Below the pieces are notes generated by a model. That model was not told the origin of the DNA, did no database searches, and was given only the letters and a program-made list of their open reading frames with translations. The translations under genes were made by a program, and so were the position numbers. Shown here one piece after another: positions 23,434 through 32,000 of a stretch of DNA of 32,000 nucleotides. Every line of letters starts with the position of its first letter. The first letter of the stretch is position 1. Source of the stretch: Arthrobacter sp. Bi26 (GTDB lineage Bacteria > Actinomycetota > Actinomycetes > Actinomycetales > Micrococcaceae). The stretch covers positions 19,384 through 51,383 of the forward strand of contig NZ_CAKKMF010000008.1 of NCBI RefSeq assembly GCF_918697925.1, given 5' to 3'.

Positions 23434-23552
23434 GAAGTATCTTGTGCGGGCACAACGTCTGCACAAGAGTATCCACCGGGCAGAATAATTTGCCCGGCCG
23501 GCGGGTGTTGTCGGGAGACAGCGGCCGCGGGCCACCAACGTAAGGACGGGTC

Positions 23553-24806
23553 ATGACACAGGCGGGACGCCAGGGTTCACCACGTAACAGTTCGGGACGC
23601 AACAGTGCCGGACAAAGCAGTGCCGGACAAAGCAGAGGCCAGGGCAAGACCGCACGCGGCCCGGTCCAGGGCGGCGGACCGCGCGCCGCCGGCGGCAAGG
23701 GAGGCCGTGACTTCTCCAAGGGCGGCGGAGACCGCCCCTTCAAGCACCCCAAGCCTCGCGAAGAGGCCTTCATCGATCCGGACCTCCAGGGTCCCGACGG
23801 CGCGCCGTCGGCTGCCCGCCAGGCCTCCGCTGACTGGAAGTCCAAAGCGCCATCTGGCAAGGAAGCAGCCCGCAAGGCCGCCGCCCGCAAGCCCGGCTTC
23901 GGCAAGACCCCCGGCACCCCCGGTGCCCTCAAGCCCAAGCCGCGCACCGGCGCCGCCAAGTTCGCCGGTCCCCGGGCCTTCGGCAGCGAACGCTTCGGCC
24001 AGAACCTCGGACCGGTGCGCAAGCCAGTCCGCAACCGCGGACCGCGCCGCGAGGTGCCGCAGTCTGAGCTGCACGACGCCGACGGCACCCGCCTCCAGAA
24101 GGTCATGGCCTCCGCCGGAGTCGCCTCACGGCGCGTCTGCGAGGAAATGATTGCCGAAGGCCGCGTCGAGGTCGACGGCCAGGTGGTCACCGAGCTCGGC
24201 GTGCGCGTCGACCCGAAAACGGCAGTGATCCACGTCGACGGACTGCGCATCCAGCTGGACGAGAACATGGTCTACATGGTCTTCAACAAGCCCAAGGGCG
24301 TTGTCTCCACCATGGAGGACCCGGATGGCCGCCCGTGCATCAGCGATTTCGTCCGCAACCACCACGGCGAACGCCTGTTCCACGTGGGCCGGCTCGACGT
24401 CGCCACGGAAGGGCTCCTGCTCCTGACGAACGACGGCGAGCTTGCCAACCGCCTGACGCACCCGTCCTACGAAGTGCCCAAGACCTACCTCGTGCAGGTC
24501 CGCGGGCCGTTCCCGCAGGGCATCGGCGCCGAACTCAAGGCCGGCGTCGAACTCGAGGACGGTATCGCCTCGGTGGACTCCTTCAAGCTCGTCGACTCGA
24601 CCCCCGGCCACGTGCTGATCGAGGTCGTGCTCCACTCGGGTAAGAACCGGATCGTCCGGCGCATGTTCGACGCCGTTGGCTTCCCCGTGCTGCGCCTGGT
24701 CCGCGTCAAGGTTGGCCCCATCGGTCTGGGCGACCAGCGCCAGGGCAGCATCCGCAACCTCGGCAAGCAGGAAGTCGGCCACCTGCTGGCATCCGTGGGG
24801 CTGTAA
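23553..24806 (+). CDS. rluB: 23S rRNA pseudouridine synthase (RluB/RsuA family) with ~190-aa basic low-complexity N-terminal extension
   Basis: S4 domain RLQKVMASAGVASRRVCEEMIAEGRVEVDG. Catalytic motif HVGRLDVATEGLLLLTNDGELANRLTHP. AAGGA SD before ATG 23553. Confidence 0.9.
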   Translation: MTQAGRQGSPRNSSGRNSAGQSSAGQSRGQGKTARGPVQGGGPRAAGGKGGRDFSKGGGDRPFKHPKPREEAFIDPDLQGPDGAPSAARQASADWKSKAPSGKEAARKAAARKPGFGKTPGTPGALKPKPRTGAAKFAGPRAFGSERFGQNLGPVRKPVRNRGPRREVPQSELHDADGTRLQKVMASAGVASRRVCEEMIAEGRVEVDGQVVTELGVRVDPKTAVIHVDGLRIQLDENMVYMVFNKPKGVVSTMEDPDGRPCISDFVRNHHGERLFHVGRLDVATEGLLLLTNDGELANRLTHPSYEVPKTYLVQVRGPFPQGIGAELKAGVELEDGIASVDSFKLVDSTPGHVLIEVVLHSGKNRIVRRMFDAVGFPVLRLVRVKVGPIGLGDQRQGSIRNLGKQEVGHLLASVGL

Positions 24807-24808
24807 GC

Positions 24809-25918
24809 ATGTCCGCTTTCCGCACGCACGGCCGCGGCCACCTGAACGGCCCGGTGGTCGTCTTGGGCTCCGGGCTCCTGGGCACCAGCATCGGGCTGGG
24901 GCTGCGGGGGCGCGGTGTCGCTGTGTTCCTCTCGGATCCCTCGCCGACCAACCAGGCCGTCGCCGTTGACATCGGCGCCGGCCTGCCACTGGCGCGCCTC
25001 GACGGGGACCAGCCGGAGCTCGTCGTAGTGGCGGCGCCGCCGGATGTCACGGCGGACGTCGTTGCCGGCGCGCTCCGGGACTACCCGCACGCCGTCGTGG
25101 TGGACATCGCGAGTGTGAAGGCGTCCATCCTGGCCGATCTCCGCAGCCGCGGTGCCGACGTGGGCCGCTACGTGGGGACCCACCCCATGGCGGGGCGCGA
25201 GAAATCCGGCCCCGTCGCAGCCCGCGGCGAGCTGTTCACCTCCATGCCGTGGGTCGTGTGCCCCGCGGAAGAGACTCTGCCGGAGTCCCTGCAGGTGGCG
25301 CGTTCGCTGGCCGGCGATCTCGGCGCCGTCGTGTCCGAATTCGCCGCCGACGAACACGACGAAGCCGTGGCGCTTGTCTCACATCTGCCGCAGGTGATGT
25401 CCTCGCTCGTGGCCAGCCGCCTGCAGGGCACGCCCCTGCACGCCCTTTCCCTGGCCGGGAACGGGCTGCGGGACGTCACCCGGATCGCTGCGAGCGATCC
25501 CACGCTCTGGGTCCAGATCCTGGGCGCGAACGCGGACAAGGTGGTGGAGATCCTGCACGGAGTCCGCGAGGACCTCAACCGGCTGATCGGCACTCTGGAG
25601 GCCCCGACCGCTCCTGGTGCCCGGCTGGACCTTGCCCAGCTGATCAGCGAAGGCAACGCCGGCCAGTCCCGGATCCCGGGCAAGCACGGCGGACCCCCGC
25701 AGGCCTATTCGTGGCTGACGGTCCTGGTGGATGACACGCCGGGACAGATCGCCAAGCTCCTGACCGAGATCGGCGAGATCGGCGTCAACGTCGAGGACCT
25801 CCGCCTCGACCACTCCTCGGGACAGAATGTGGGCATGGTGGAAATTTCCGTCCTGCCCAATAAGCACGACCTTTTGATCGAAGCCCTCAACGACCGCGGA
25901 TGGCGGGTACTCCAGTAA
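24809..25918 (+). CDS. tyrA: Prephenate dehydrogenase (TyrA) with C-terminal ACT-like domain
   Basis: Rossmann motif VVVLGSGLLGTSIGLGL. Core GTHPMAGREKSG...SHLPQVMSSL. The C-terminal part LTVLVDDTPGQIAKLLTEIGEIGVNVEDLRL resembles an ACT domain. Confidence 0.88.
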   Translation: MSAFRTHGRGHLNGPVVVLGSGLLGTSIGLGLRGRGVAVFLSDPSPTNQAVAVDIGAGLPLARLDGDQPELVVVAAPPDVTADVVAGALRDYPHAVVVDIASVKASILADLRSRGADVGRYVGTHPMAGREKSGPVAARGELFTSMPWVVCPAEETLPESLQVARSLAGDLGAVVSEFAADEHDEAVALVSHLPQVMSSLVASRLQGTPLHALSLAGNGLRDVTRIAASDPTLWVQILGANADKVVEILHGVREDLNRLIGTLEAPTAPGARLDLAQLISEGNAGQSRIPGKHGGPPQAYSWLTVLVDDTPGQIAKLLTEIGEIGVNVEDLRLDHSSGQNVGMVEISVLPNKHDLLIEALNDRGWRVLQ

Positions 25919-26661
25919 TGACCCAGGAACTCATCGAGACAGTGGACGTGCTCCGCCCCGGGAAAAGCCTCGTGGTGGCCATCGACGGCCCCTCCGGCTC
26001 CGGCAAATCCAGCGTCAGCAAAGAGGTGGCCCGCCGGCTAAAGCTGGCCTACCTCGACACAGGCGCGATGTACCGCGCCCTGACGTGGTTCTGCCTGGAG
26101 AACGGCACGGACCTGGACGACGGGGCGGCCGTCGAGTCCGCCTCTGAGGCGCTCCCGCTGGAAATCAGCACGAGTCCGCAGGAAGAGTACGTCCGCGTCG
26201 GCGGCCACGATGTCACTCTCGCCATCCGGGAGCCGGCCATTTCCGCGGCCGTCAGCGCCGTCGCCACTACCCTGGGCGCACGTACGGAACTGATCCGCCG
26301 GCAGCGGGAGCTGATCGAAAAGCACCACCGCCGCATGGTGGTCGAGGGCCGGGACATCACCACCGTCGTCGCGCCCCATGCCGAGGTCCGGATGCTGCTG
26401 ACCGCCAGCGAGGAAGCCCGGCTGCGCCGCCGCGGCATCCAGCTGGGCGGGAGCCAGAATGCCGAGCAACTGGCAGCCCAGGTCACGCACCGCGATGCCA
26501 GGGACTCCACCGTTGTGAACTTCACCACAGCCGCCGACGGCGTCGTCACGCTCGACTCCTCGGAGCTGGACTTCGACGAGACGGTTCAGGCCGCTCTCGA
26601 CATCGTGGACACGGTGGTCAACCACACCGCTGTCCCACACCGGACCGTCCACGGTGACTGA
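25918..26661 (+). CDS. cmk: Cytidylate kinase
   Basis: Part of ORF 25900..26661. Start set at ATG 25918 (TAATG overlap with the tyrA stop). P-loop VAIDGPSGSGKSSVSKEVARRLKLAYLDTGAMYRA. Confidence 0.9.
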   Translation: MTQELIETVDVLRPGKSLVVAIDGPSGSGKSSVSKEVARRLKLAYLDTGAMYRALTWFCLENGTDLDDGAAVESASEALPLEISTSPQEEYVRVGGHDVTLAIREPAISAAVSAVATTLGARTELIRRQRELIEKHHRRMVVEGRDITTVVAPHAEVRMLLTASEEARLRRRGIQLGGSQNAEQLAAQVTHRDARDSTVVNFTTAADGVVTLDSSELDFDETVQAALDIVDTVVNHTAVPHRTVHGD

Positions 26662-27415
26662 GGGGCGCGCAGATTGGCAGGCGGGCGTGCACGCCTCCCT
26701 GCCCGGCCATTGGACGACGGTGTGGAGCCGGCCGGTCGGCTGGATCCTGGACCACCTCGTCTACCGCACCTCGGTGACCGGACGGTCCAACGTCCCGGCG
26801 GCCGGCCCTGTCATCTTCGCGGGCAACCACATCAGCTTCCTCGACGGACCCGTCATGTACGGCGCCTCGCCCCGGCCCATGCACATCCTCGTCAAGCAGG
26901 AGATGTTCACCGGGCTCCTCGGCCGCGTGCTGGCGGCGTCGGGCCAGCTGCCCGTCGACCGCCGCGGCGGCCGTGCGGCTCTGGCCACGGCCCGGAGCCT
27001 GCTCGACGCCGGCCGGTGTGTCGGGATTTTGCCCGAAGGCACCCGGGGGAGCGGTGAGGCAGCCGCGATCAACAACGGCGTCGCCTGGCTGGCGCTCAAC
27101 TCCGGCGCCACAGTGGTTCCCGTCGCCATCCTGGGCACCAGAATCGGCGGCGAACACCTGGACACGGTTCCCCCGCCCCGCCGGCGGCTGCATGTCAGCT
27201 TCGGCGGTGCCATCAACGTCAGCCGCAGGCCCGGTGAGACCGGGCGTGTTTCAATGGACAGGGCGGGAACCGAAATCCGGGCCGCGCTAGCGCGCCATGT
27301 CCAGGACTCAGTACTAAGAACCGGGCAGTCCCTGCCCCACGCGGAATCCCCGCACGAACGACATGTTGCAGTAGCCGGGACGCCGGCAGATCACCACCTA
27401 AGGAAAGTGCAATGA
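26654..27415 (+). CDS. plsC: 1-acyl-sn-glycerol-3-phosphate acyltransferase (PlsC family)
   Basis: HX4D motif [12 protein letters not shown] and the second motif [11 protein letters not shown] start overlapping the cmk stop. Confidence 0.85.
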   Translation: MTEGRADWQAGVHASLPGHWTTVWSRPVGWILDHLVYRTSVTGRSNVPAAGPVIFAGNHISFLDGPVMYGASPRPMHILVKQEMFTGLLGRVLAASGQLPVDRRGGRAALATARSLLDAGRCVGILPEGTRGSGEAAAINNGVAWLALNSGATVVPVAILGTRIGGEHLDTVPPPRRRLHVSFGGAINVSRRPGETGRVSMDRAGTEIRAALARHVQDSVLRTGQSLPHAESPHERHVAVAGTPADHHLRKVQ

Positions 27416-28962
27416 GCGATACGACTCAAACCTCCGGCAATTTTGGCGCCGGCGAAGACGAATACACGCCCACCGGCACCGACCAGGTGGCTGAACACCT
27501 CGCCGCCCTGGACGATGACGAAGCGGAGCTACGCGCGGCCTCCCTTCGGGCCGGCCTTGACGACTACGAGCTGGACGAGGACGACGCCGCGCTGCTGAGC
27601 GGCCAGTTCGACGACCAGGACTTTGACGGTCCGGTCAAACTGGATCCTGTCCTGGCCATCATCGGCCGGCCCAACGTGGGCAAGTCCACCCTGGTCAACA
27701 GGATCCTGGGCCGCCGCGAGGCAGTCGTCGAGGACACCCCCGGCGTCACCCGCGACCGCGTCATGTACTCGGCGAACTGGAACGGCCGCAACTTCACGGT
27801 AGTGGACACCGGCGGGTGGGAACACGATGCCCGCGGCATCCACGCCCGTGTGGCGGAGCAGGCCGAGATGGCTGTAGAACTCGCGGACGCCGTCCTGTTC
27901 GTCGTCGACTCCGCCGTGGGCGCAACCGCGACCGACGAAGGCGTCATGAAGATGCTGCGTAAGTCGAAGAAGCCGGTCATCATGGTGGCCAACAAGGTGG
28001 ACGACTTCGCCCAGGAAGCCGATTCGGCAACCCTCTGGGGCCTCGGCTTCGGCGAACCGTACCCGGTTTCGGCCCTGCACGGCCGCGGCGTGGCCGACCT
28101 CCTGGACCACGTCATGGACACCCTCCCGGAGTACTCCCTGATCGAGGGCCTCGAGCGCTCCGGCGGACCCCGCCGCATCGCCCTGATCGGCCGCCCGAAC
28201 GTCGGGAAGTCCTCGCTGCTGAACAAGCTCGCCGGTTCCGAGCGCGTGGTGGTGGACAACACCGCCGGCACCACCCGTGACCCGGTCGATGAATTCATCG
28301 AACTCGGCGGCCGCACGTGGCGCTTCGTGGACACCGCCGGCATCCGGCGCCGCCAGCACATGGCCCAGGGCGCAGACTTCTACGCCTCCCTGCGCACCCA
28401 GAGCGCGCTCGAAAAGGCTGAGGTCGCCGTCGTGCTCCTGGCCGTGGACGAAGTGCTCAGCGAGCAGGATGTCCGCATCCTGCAGCTCGCCGTCGAATCC
28501 GGCCGCGCCCTGGTGCTCGCCTTCAACAAATGGGACCTCCTCGACGACGAACGCCGCCGCTACCTGGAACGCGAAATCGAGCAGGACCTGGCACACGTCG
28601 CCTGGGCCCCTCGCGTGAACATCTCAGCCTTGACTGGCTGGCACAAGGACCGGCTGGTCCCGGCCCTGGACATTGCCCTGGAGAACTGGGACAAGCGCAT
28701 CCCCACCGGACGCCTCAACGCGTTCCTTGGCGAACTCGTGGCAGCGCACCCGCACCCGGTCCGCGGCGGCAAGCAGCCGCGCATCCTGTTCGGCACCCAG
28801 GCGTCCAGCCGGCCGCCGAAGTTCGTGCTGTTCACCACCGGATTCCTGGATCCGGGATACCGCCGCTTCATCACCCGGCGCCTCCGCGAGACCTTCGGTT
28901 TCGAGGGCACGCCGATCGAGGTCAACATGCGTGTACGTGAAAAGCGCGGCAAGAAACGTTAA
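27412..28962 (+). CDS. der: Ribosome-biogenesis GTPase Der (EngA), tandem GTPase domains + KH-like C-terminus
   Basis: Two P-loops ([16 protein letters not shown] and [16 protein letters not shown]), NKVD/NKWD motifs and an acidic N-terminal extension. ATGA overlap with the plsC stop. Confidence 0.95.
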   Translation: MSDTTQTSGNFGAGEDEYTPTGTDQVAEHLAALDDDEAELRAASLRAGLDDYELDEDDAALLSGQFDDQDFDGPVKLDPVLAIIGRPNVGKSTLVNRILGRREAVVEDTPGVTRDRVMYSANWNGRNFTVVDTGGWEHDARGIHARVAEQAEMAVELADAVLFVVDSAVGATATDEGVMKMLRKSKKPVIMVANKVDDFAQEADSATLWGLGFGEPYPVSALHGRGVADLLDHVMDTLPEYSLIEGLERSGGPRRIALIGRPNVGKSSLLNKLAGSERVVVDNTAGTTRDPVDEFIELGGRTWRFVDTAGIRRRQHMAQGADFYASLRTQSALEKAEVAVVLLAVDEVLSEQDVRILQLAVESGRALVLAFNKWDLLDDERRRYLEREIEQDLAHVAWAPRVNISALTGWHKDRLVPALDIALENWDKRIPTGRLNAFLGELVAAHPHPVRGGKQPRILFGTQASSRPPKFVLFTTGFLDPGYRRFITRRLRETFGFEGTPIEVNMRVREKRGKKR

Positions 28963-29111
28963 TTCCGACACACCTTGGGCGTGACAGCATGAAATTGTCA
29001 CAGGCACCCTCCGGGATCGTGTAAGCTTTTGGAGGTGGTTCGGCCGGACTGCTTGGAAGAAAACCTGGAGCGAATCCGGGCAGACTTCCCAGCGGAGAAC
29101 GGTGGAACCAG

Positions 29112-29188
<77 letters not shown>

Positions 29189-29198
29189 ACAGACGAAA

Positions 29199-29240
29199 CC
29201 CCGCCATTCCTGACGAAGGAATGGCGGGGTTTTCTGTTTT
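29199..29240. terminator. Rho-independent, bidirectional terminator (stem CCCCGCCATTCC / GGAATGGCGGGG, loop TGACGAA, T-tract TTTTCTGTTTT)
   Basis: 12-bp perfect stem read directly. There is a U-tract on the + side and AAA on the 5' side, so it could also serve the convergent minus-strand gene ending at 29251. Confidence 0.85.
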
Positions 29241-29250
29241 GGAGGGCGAC

Positions 29251-29874
29251 TCAGTTCGGCGCCGTTCCGTCCATGGAGGCAGTGTTGGCATCGGGTATGG
29301 CCGCGGGGAAGGACGCGCGGAGCGCCGCGAGCAGCCGGCCGAAGATCTGATCCTCGCTTCCCATGCCGTTGACGCTCAGGAGGATCCCGCGCTGTGAGTA
29401 TGCTGAGGCCACAGGCTCAGTCTCGTGGTGGTACAGCTCCAAACGGTGCCGGATGACGTCCTCGGTATCGTCGCTGCGTCCGGTCAAAGTGGCGCGGTGG
29501 AGCATTCGGCGGACAAGTTCGCCGTCGTCAACCGTCAGCTGGACCGCAACGTCCAGAACCTGTCCGTTGGCGGCAAGGATGACGTCGAGTTCAGCCAGCT
29601 GAGCCGTGTTTCGGGGGTACCCGTCCAAGAGGAACCCTGCCCTGACGTCCTTCTGGTTCAGCCGCTCACGCACCACACGGTTCGTCAGGGTGTCGGGCAC
29701 CAAGTCGCCCGCATCCAGATGCACAATGACTTCCCGGCCCAGCGGCGTCAGGTTCCTCACATGGTCGCGGAATACCTCGCCGGTTGACACCACGGTGATG
29801 CCGAGGCGCCGGGACAAACGTTCGGCCTGGGTGCCCTTGCCGCACCCCGGGGGACCCATAATCAGCATTCGCAT
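29251..29874 (-). CDS. adk: Adenylate kinase family protein (short-lid type)
   Basis: 207 aa. MRMLIMGPPGCGKGTQAERL...STGEVFR...GFLLDGYPRNTAQ...RSDDTEDVIRHRLELYHHETEPV parallels E. coli Adk motifs. Its location away from the secY-map context suggests it may be a paralog (inference). Confidence 0.8.
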   Translation of the reverse strand: MRMLIMGPPGCGKGTQAERLSRRLGITVVSTGEVFRDHVRNLTPLGREVIVHLDAGDLVPDTLTNRVVRERLNQKDVRAGFLLDGYPRNTAQLAELDVILAANGQVLDVAVQLTVDDGELVRRMLHRATLTGRSDDTEDVIRHRLELYHHETEPVASAYSQRGILLSVNGMGSEDQIFGRLLAALRASFPAAIPDANTASMDGTAPN

Positions 29875-29982
29875 CTTGGAGACAACTCCCTCAGGCGCCG
29901 TTGAAAGGTGTCCTTGTATCGTGTTCGCTCAGGAGGCGCCAGCGCAAGGGATTCAGACGCCGGTGCCCGTTTCAAGAAGCGC

Positions 29983-30852
29983 CTATTTCAGGAAGCGCGA
30001 AGTCCGGCGGTCGGCCAGGATCTTCCCCTTCGTCTGGCACGTCGGGCAGTACTGCAGGGCGGTGTCCGCAAAGGAGACCTCCCGAACCGTGTCGCCGCAC
30101 ACCGGACACGCTTCGCCGGTGCGGCCGTGGACCCTCATGTGGCTCCGCTTGGTGTCCTTGAGTTCGTTGGGCGGCTTGCCTTGGGCTTCCTTCACGGCCG
30201 TGCCCAGAATGGTGTGGACGGCGTCGTAGAGGCGCTGGACGTCCGTCCGGTCCAGGGACTTGGCGAGGGCGAAAGGCGAGATCCTGGCGGCGTGCAGGAT
30301 CTCGTCGCTGTACGCATTCCCAATCCCGGCAATAATGCTCTGGCTCCGCAGGACGCCCTTGATCTGGTGGGAACTGGAACCGAGGATCCCGGCCAAGGCG
30401 TCGACGTCGAAGTCTGGACTGAACGGATCCGGTCCGAGCGCGGCGATGCCGGGAACGTCGTTCGGATCGCGGACCACATAGACCGCGAGGCTCTTTTTCG
30501 TGCCCGCCTCGGTCAGGTCCATGCCCACCGGGCCGGAAGCGCCGGAAAATGTCAGCCGCACCGCGATGTGCCCCTTGCCCATTTTCAGCTGGGCGTCGGT
30601 GGGCGTGTCAGTGAAGCGGACCCAGCCGGCCCGCGCCAGGTGGAAGACAAAATGCAGCCCGTCGGCTTCCATGCTGACGAACTTGCCGAACCGCCGCACC
30701 CCGCTGACGGCCCTGCCCTCGAGGTCGGTGAAGAGGGGGTCTGCCGTCTTGAGCACGGCGAAGGAGACCAGCTGGATCTTCGTCACAACTGCCCCGCGCA
30801 GGTGCTCGTGGAGAAAGTCCGTCAGGGCCGCAACTTCCGGAAGCTCAGGCAT
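29983..30852 (-). CDS. Fpg/Nei-family DNA glycosylase / AP lyase
   Basis: 289 aa. The catalytic N-terminus is MPELPEV. There is an H2TH region (IAGIGNAYSDEILHAARISP) and a C-terminal zinc finger CPVCG...CPTCQ. Confidence 0.88.
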   Translation of the reverse strand: MPELPEVAALTDFLHEHLRGAVVTKIQLVSFAVLKTADPLFTDLEGRAVSGVRRFGKFVSMEADGLHFVFHLARAGWVRFTDTPTDAQLKMGKGHIAVRLTFSGASGPVGMDLTEAGTKKSLAVYVVRDPNDVPGIAALGPDPFSPDFDVDALAGILGSSSHQIKGVLRSQSIIAGIGNAYSDEILHAARISPFALAKSLDRTDVQRLYDAVHTILGTAVKEAQGKPPNELKDTKRSHMRVHGRTGEACPVCGDTVREVSFADTALQYCPTCQTKGKILADRRTSRFLK

Positions 30853-31048
30853 GGCCTAGCCCCTGCGGGTCCGGAGGGTCCCGGCGCCCCGGTTGTTCAC
30901 GTTCCTGACACACAGCGGCGCATGTTCTGACATCGCACCATCTTCTCAGATCCCTCCCCGGCCCCTGCCGGATATGCCTATACTTTCAGCGGCGGCTAGA
31001 ACAAACGACTGCCGCCGCATAGGTGATTGACCCGATGAAAGGCCCGTC

Positions 31049-31435
31049 ATGAGCATCATTCCCGAAGACCTGTCCTACACCGCAGAACACGAATGGGTTT
31101 CGGCCCCCAATGCTGACGGGATTGTGCGCGTCGGCATCACCGATTTTGCCCAGGACGCCCTCGGGGATGTCGTCTACGCCCAGATGCCTGAAGTGGGGAC
31201 AACCATCAAGGCCAATGACGTGGTTGGAGAAGTCGAATCCACCAAGAGCGTCAGCGACATCTACGCCCCCGTGACGGGCGAGGTGGTGGCCCGGAACGAG
31301 GCTCTGGACACCGATTCCGCCCTTATTAACTCGGATCCGTACGGTGACGGCTGGCTGATCGAAATCAAGCTCGCGGAAGCCGACGCGGTAGAGTCCCTGC
31401 TCAGTGCATCCGAGTATGAACAGCAGGTAGGCTAA
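31049..31435 (+). CDS. gcvH: Glycine cleavage system protein H
   Basis: 128 aa. YTAEHEWV...GITDFAQDALGDVVY...VGEVESTKSVSDIYAPVTGEV contains the lipoyl-lysine motif ESTK. Confidence 0.95.
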   Translation: MSIIPEDLSYTAEHEWVSAPNADGIVRVGITDFAQDALGDVVYAQMPEVGTTIKANDVVGEVESTKSVSDIYAPVTGEVVARNEALDTDSALINSDPYGDGWLIEIKLAEADAVESLLSASEYEQQVG

Positions 31436-31594
31436 AGACAGAGGTCGTTCGGTCCGGGGTCGCCGGAGTGTGTTGTTGGGATAACAAAACAAGCCGCGCC
31501 CCGCCGAAAGGCCTCAATACCGGGACTGCGAGGCTTTTCCGGACGGCATGCGTTGTTTGCAGGGGGGACACCTGCAACGAATGAGGAGGACTCA

Positions 31595-32000
31595 ATGTTT
31601 GGGCACGAACGGAACGACACCGGTGACGGTTACGGCACGGGTGGAGTGAAAGCTTCGGAGACCACGTCGATCAACCTCACTCCGGTGCGCGATGAACCCA
31701 ACTTCACGCCGAAGCTCTCGGCCGAGGAGCGGGTAGCGGTCGAGGCCCTTCCCTTCGGATCGGCCCTGCTCGTGGCACACAGCGGCCCCAACGCCGGCGC
31801 GCGGTTCCTGCTGGACTCGGACGTCACGACGGCGGGCCGCCACCCGGACGCCGATATCTTCCTCGACGACGTCACCGTGTCCCGCAGGCACGTGGAATTC
31901 CGCCGCACCGCGCGCAGCTTCGAGGTAGTGGACACCGGGAGCCTGAACGGCACCTACGTCAACCACGACCGCGTGGACTCCGTGGAACTGAAGTCCGGCA
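31595..32000 (+). CDS. garA: FHA-domain regulator GarA/OdhI (oxoglutarate dehydrogenase inhibitor type), runs off the right edge
   Basis: Not in the ORF track because it is open-ended. Manual translation from ATG 31595 (GAGGAGGA SD) gives MFGHERNDTGDGYGTGGVKASETTSINLTPV...GARFLLDSDVTTAGRHPDADIFLDDVTVSRRHVEFRR...VVDTGSLNGTYVN. This shows the ETTS phospho-threonine motif plus an FHA domain. The gcvH-garA adjacency matches M. tuberculosis Rv1826-Rv1827 as I recall. Confidence 0.88.
   Translation, partial: MFGHERNDTGDGYGTGGVKASETTSINLTPVRDEPNFTPKLSAEERVAVEALPFGSALLVAHSGPNAGARFLLDSDVTTAGRHPDADIFLDDVTVSRRHVEFRRTARSFEVVDTGSLNGTYVNHDRVDSVELKSG

Noticed and set aside
23434-23552. Hairpins in the scpB-rluB intergenic region (CTTGTGC...GCACAAG at 23441-23467; CCGGGCA-N8-TGCCCGG at 23476-23497), considered as an sRNA or regulatory element
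   Set aside because: The stems are short (7 bp), have no U-tract, and I can assess no conservation information. They are most simply weak terminator or attenuator structures between two same-strand genes.
21800-24268. Three long minus-strand ORFs (350, 375 and 348 aa) opposite scpA, scpB and rluB
   Set aside because: The translations are Arg/Pro/Ser-rich and low-complexity without recognisable domains. The + strand frames carry canonical ScpA, ScpB and RluB motifs and translational coupling.
27529-28596. 355-aa minus-strand ORF opposite der, and the 340-aa + ORF (29908..30930) opposite the fpg/nei gene
   Set aside because: Both are shadow ORFs. The opposite strands contain the double P-loop Der and the PELPEV/zinc-finger glycosylase respectively.
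28981-29001. GTGACA-N9-TGTCAC inverted repeat just after der, considered as a CRP-type site
   Set aside because: The spacing (9 nt between 6-bp arms) does not fit TGTGA-N6-TCACA. It is more simply a weak post-der hairpin, and there is no supporting context.
30853-31048. Possible glycine riboswitch or attenuator upstream of gcvH
   Set aside because: There is no ACCGAAGG/CUCUGGAGAG-type glycine aptamer core. Only a TATACT -10-like hexamer (30979-30984) and an 8-bp stem hairpin GCGGCGGC-N14-GCCGCCGC (30989-31018) are present, which is insufficient evidence for a riboswitch.

Overview
High-GC (about 65-70% by eye) actinobacterial chromosome segment, possibly Micrococcaceae-like, though I cannot verify taxonomy. 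Genes are tightly packed and every long ORF is shadowed by antisense ORFs. Three blocks are visible. (1) 1-7350: carbon-acid metabolism. It holds the 5' end of prpD preceded by a GntR/FadR-type regulator, a divergent PrpE-like propionate-CoA ligase, and a CitA/DcuS-CitB/DcuR-type two-component pair divergent from dctA. (2) 7470-20540: an accessory-looking block centred on a group 1h (Hhy, 'high-affinity/atmospheric H2') [NiFe]-hydrogenase operon on the minus strand. Its order is hypA-hypB-hhyS-hhyL-hhyE, then three overlapping genes of unknown function, a 39-codon membrane micropeptide, the maturation endopeptidase and hypC. Flanking it are a convergent gene whose C-terminus looks HypC-like and a FecBCD/BtuFCD-type ABC importer. 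hypD, hypE and hypF are not in the window. (3) 20860-32000: conserved housekeeping synteny: parA-like, scpA, scpB, rluB, tyrA, cmk, plsC, der, tRNA-Pro(GGG), an adenylate-kinase-like gene, an fpg/nei glycosylase, gcvH and garA. I saw no CRISPR array, transposase, integrase or rRNA. The best candidate for an insufficiently described system is the translationally coupled unknown-function module (12325-15311) inside the hydrogenase operon, together with the HypC-like fusion gene and the adjacent ABC importer. Its co-occurrence with group 1h hydrogenases is, to my recollection, already noted in the literature, but no function is established. All homology calls come from reading the translations and from memory of family motifs. 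No database search was run.
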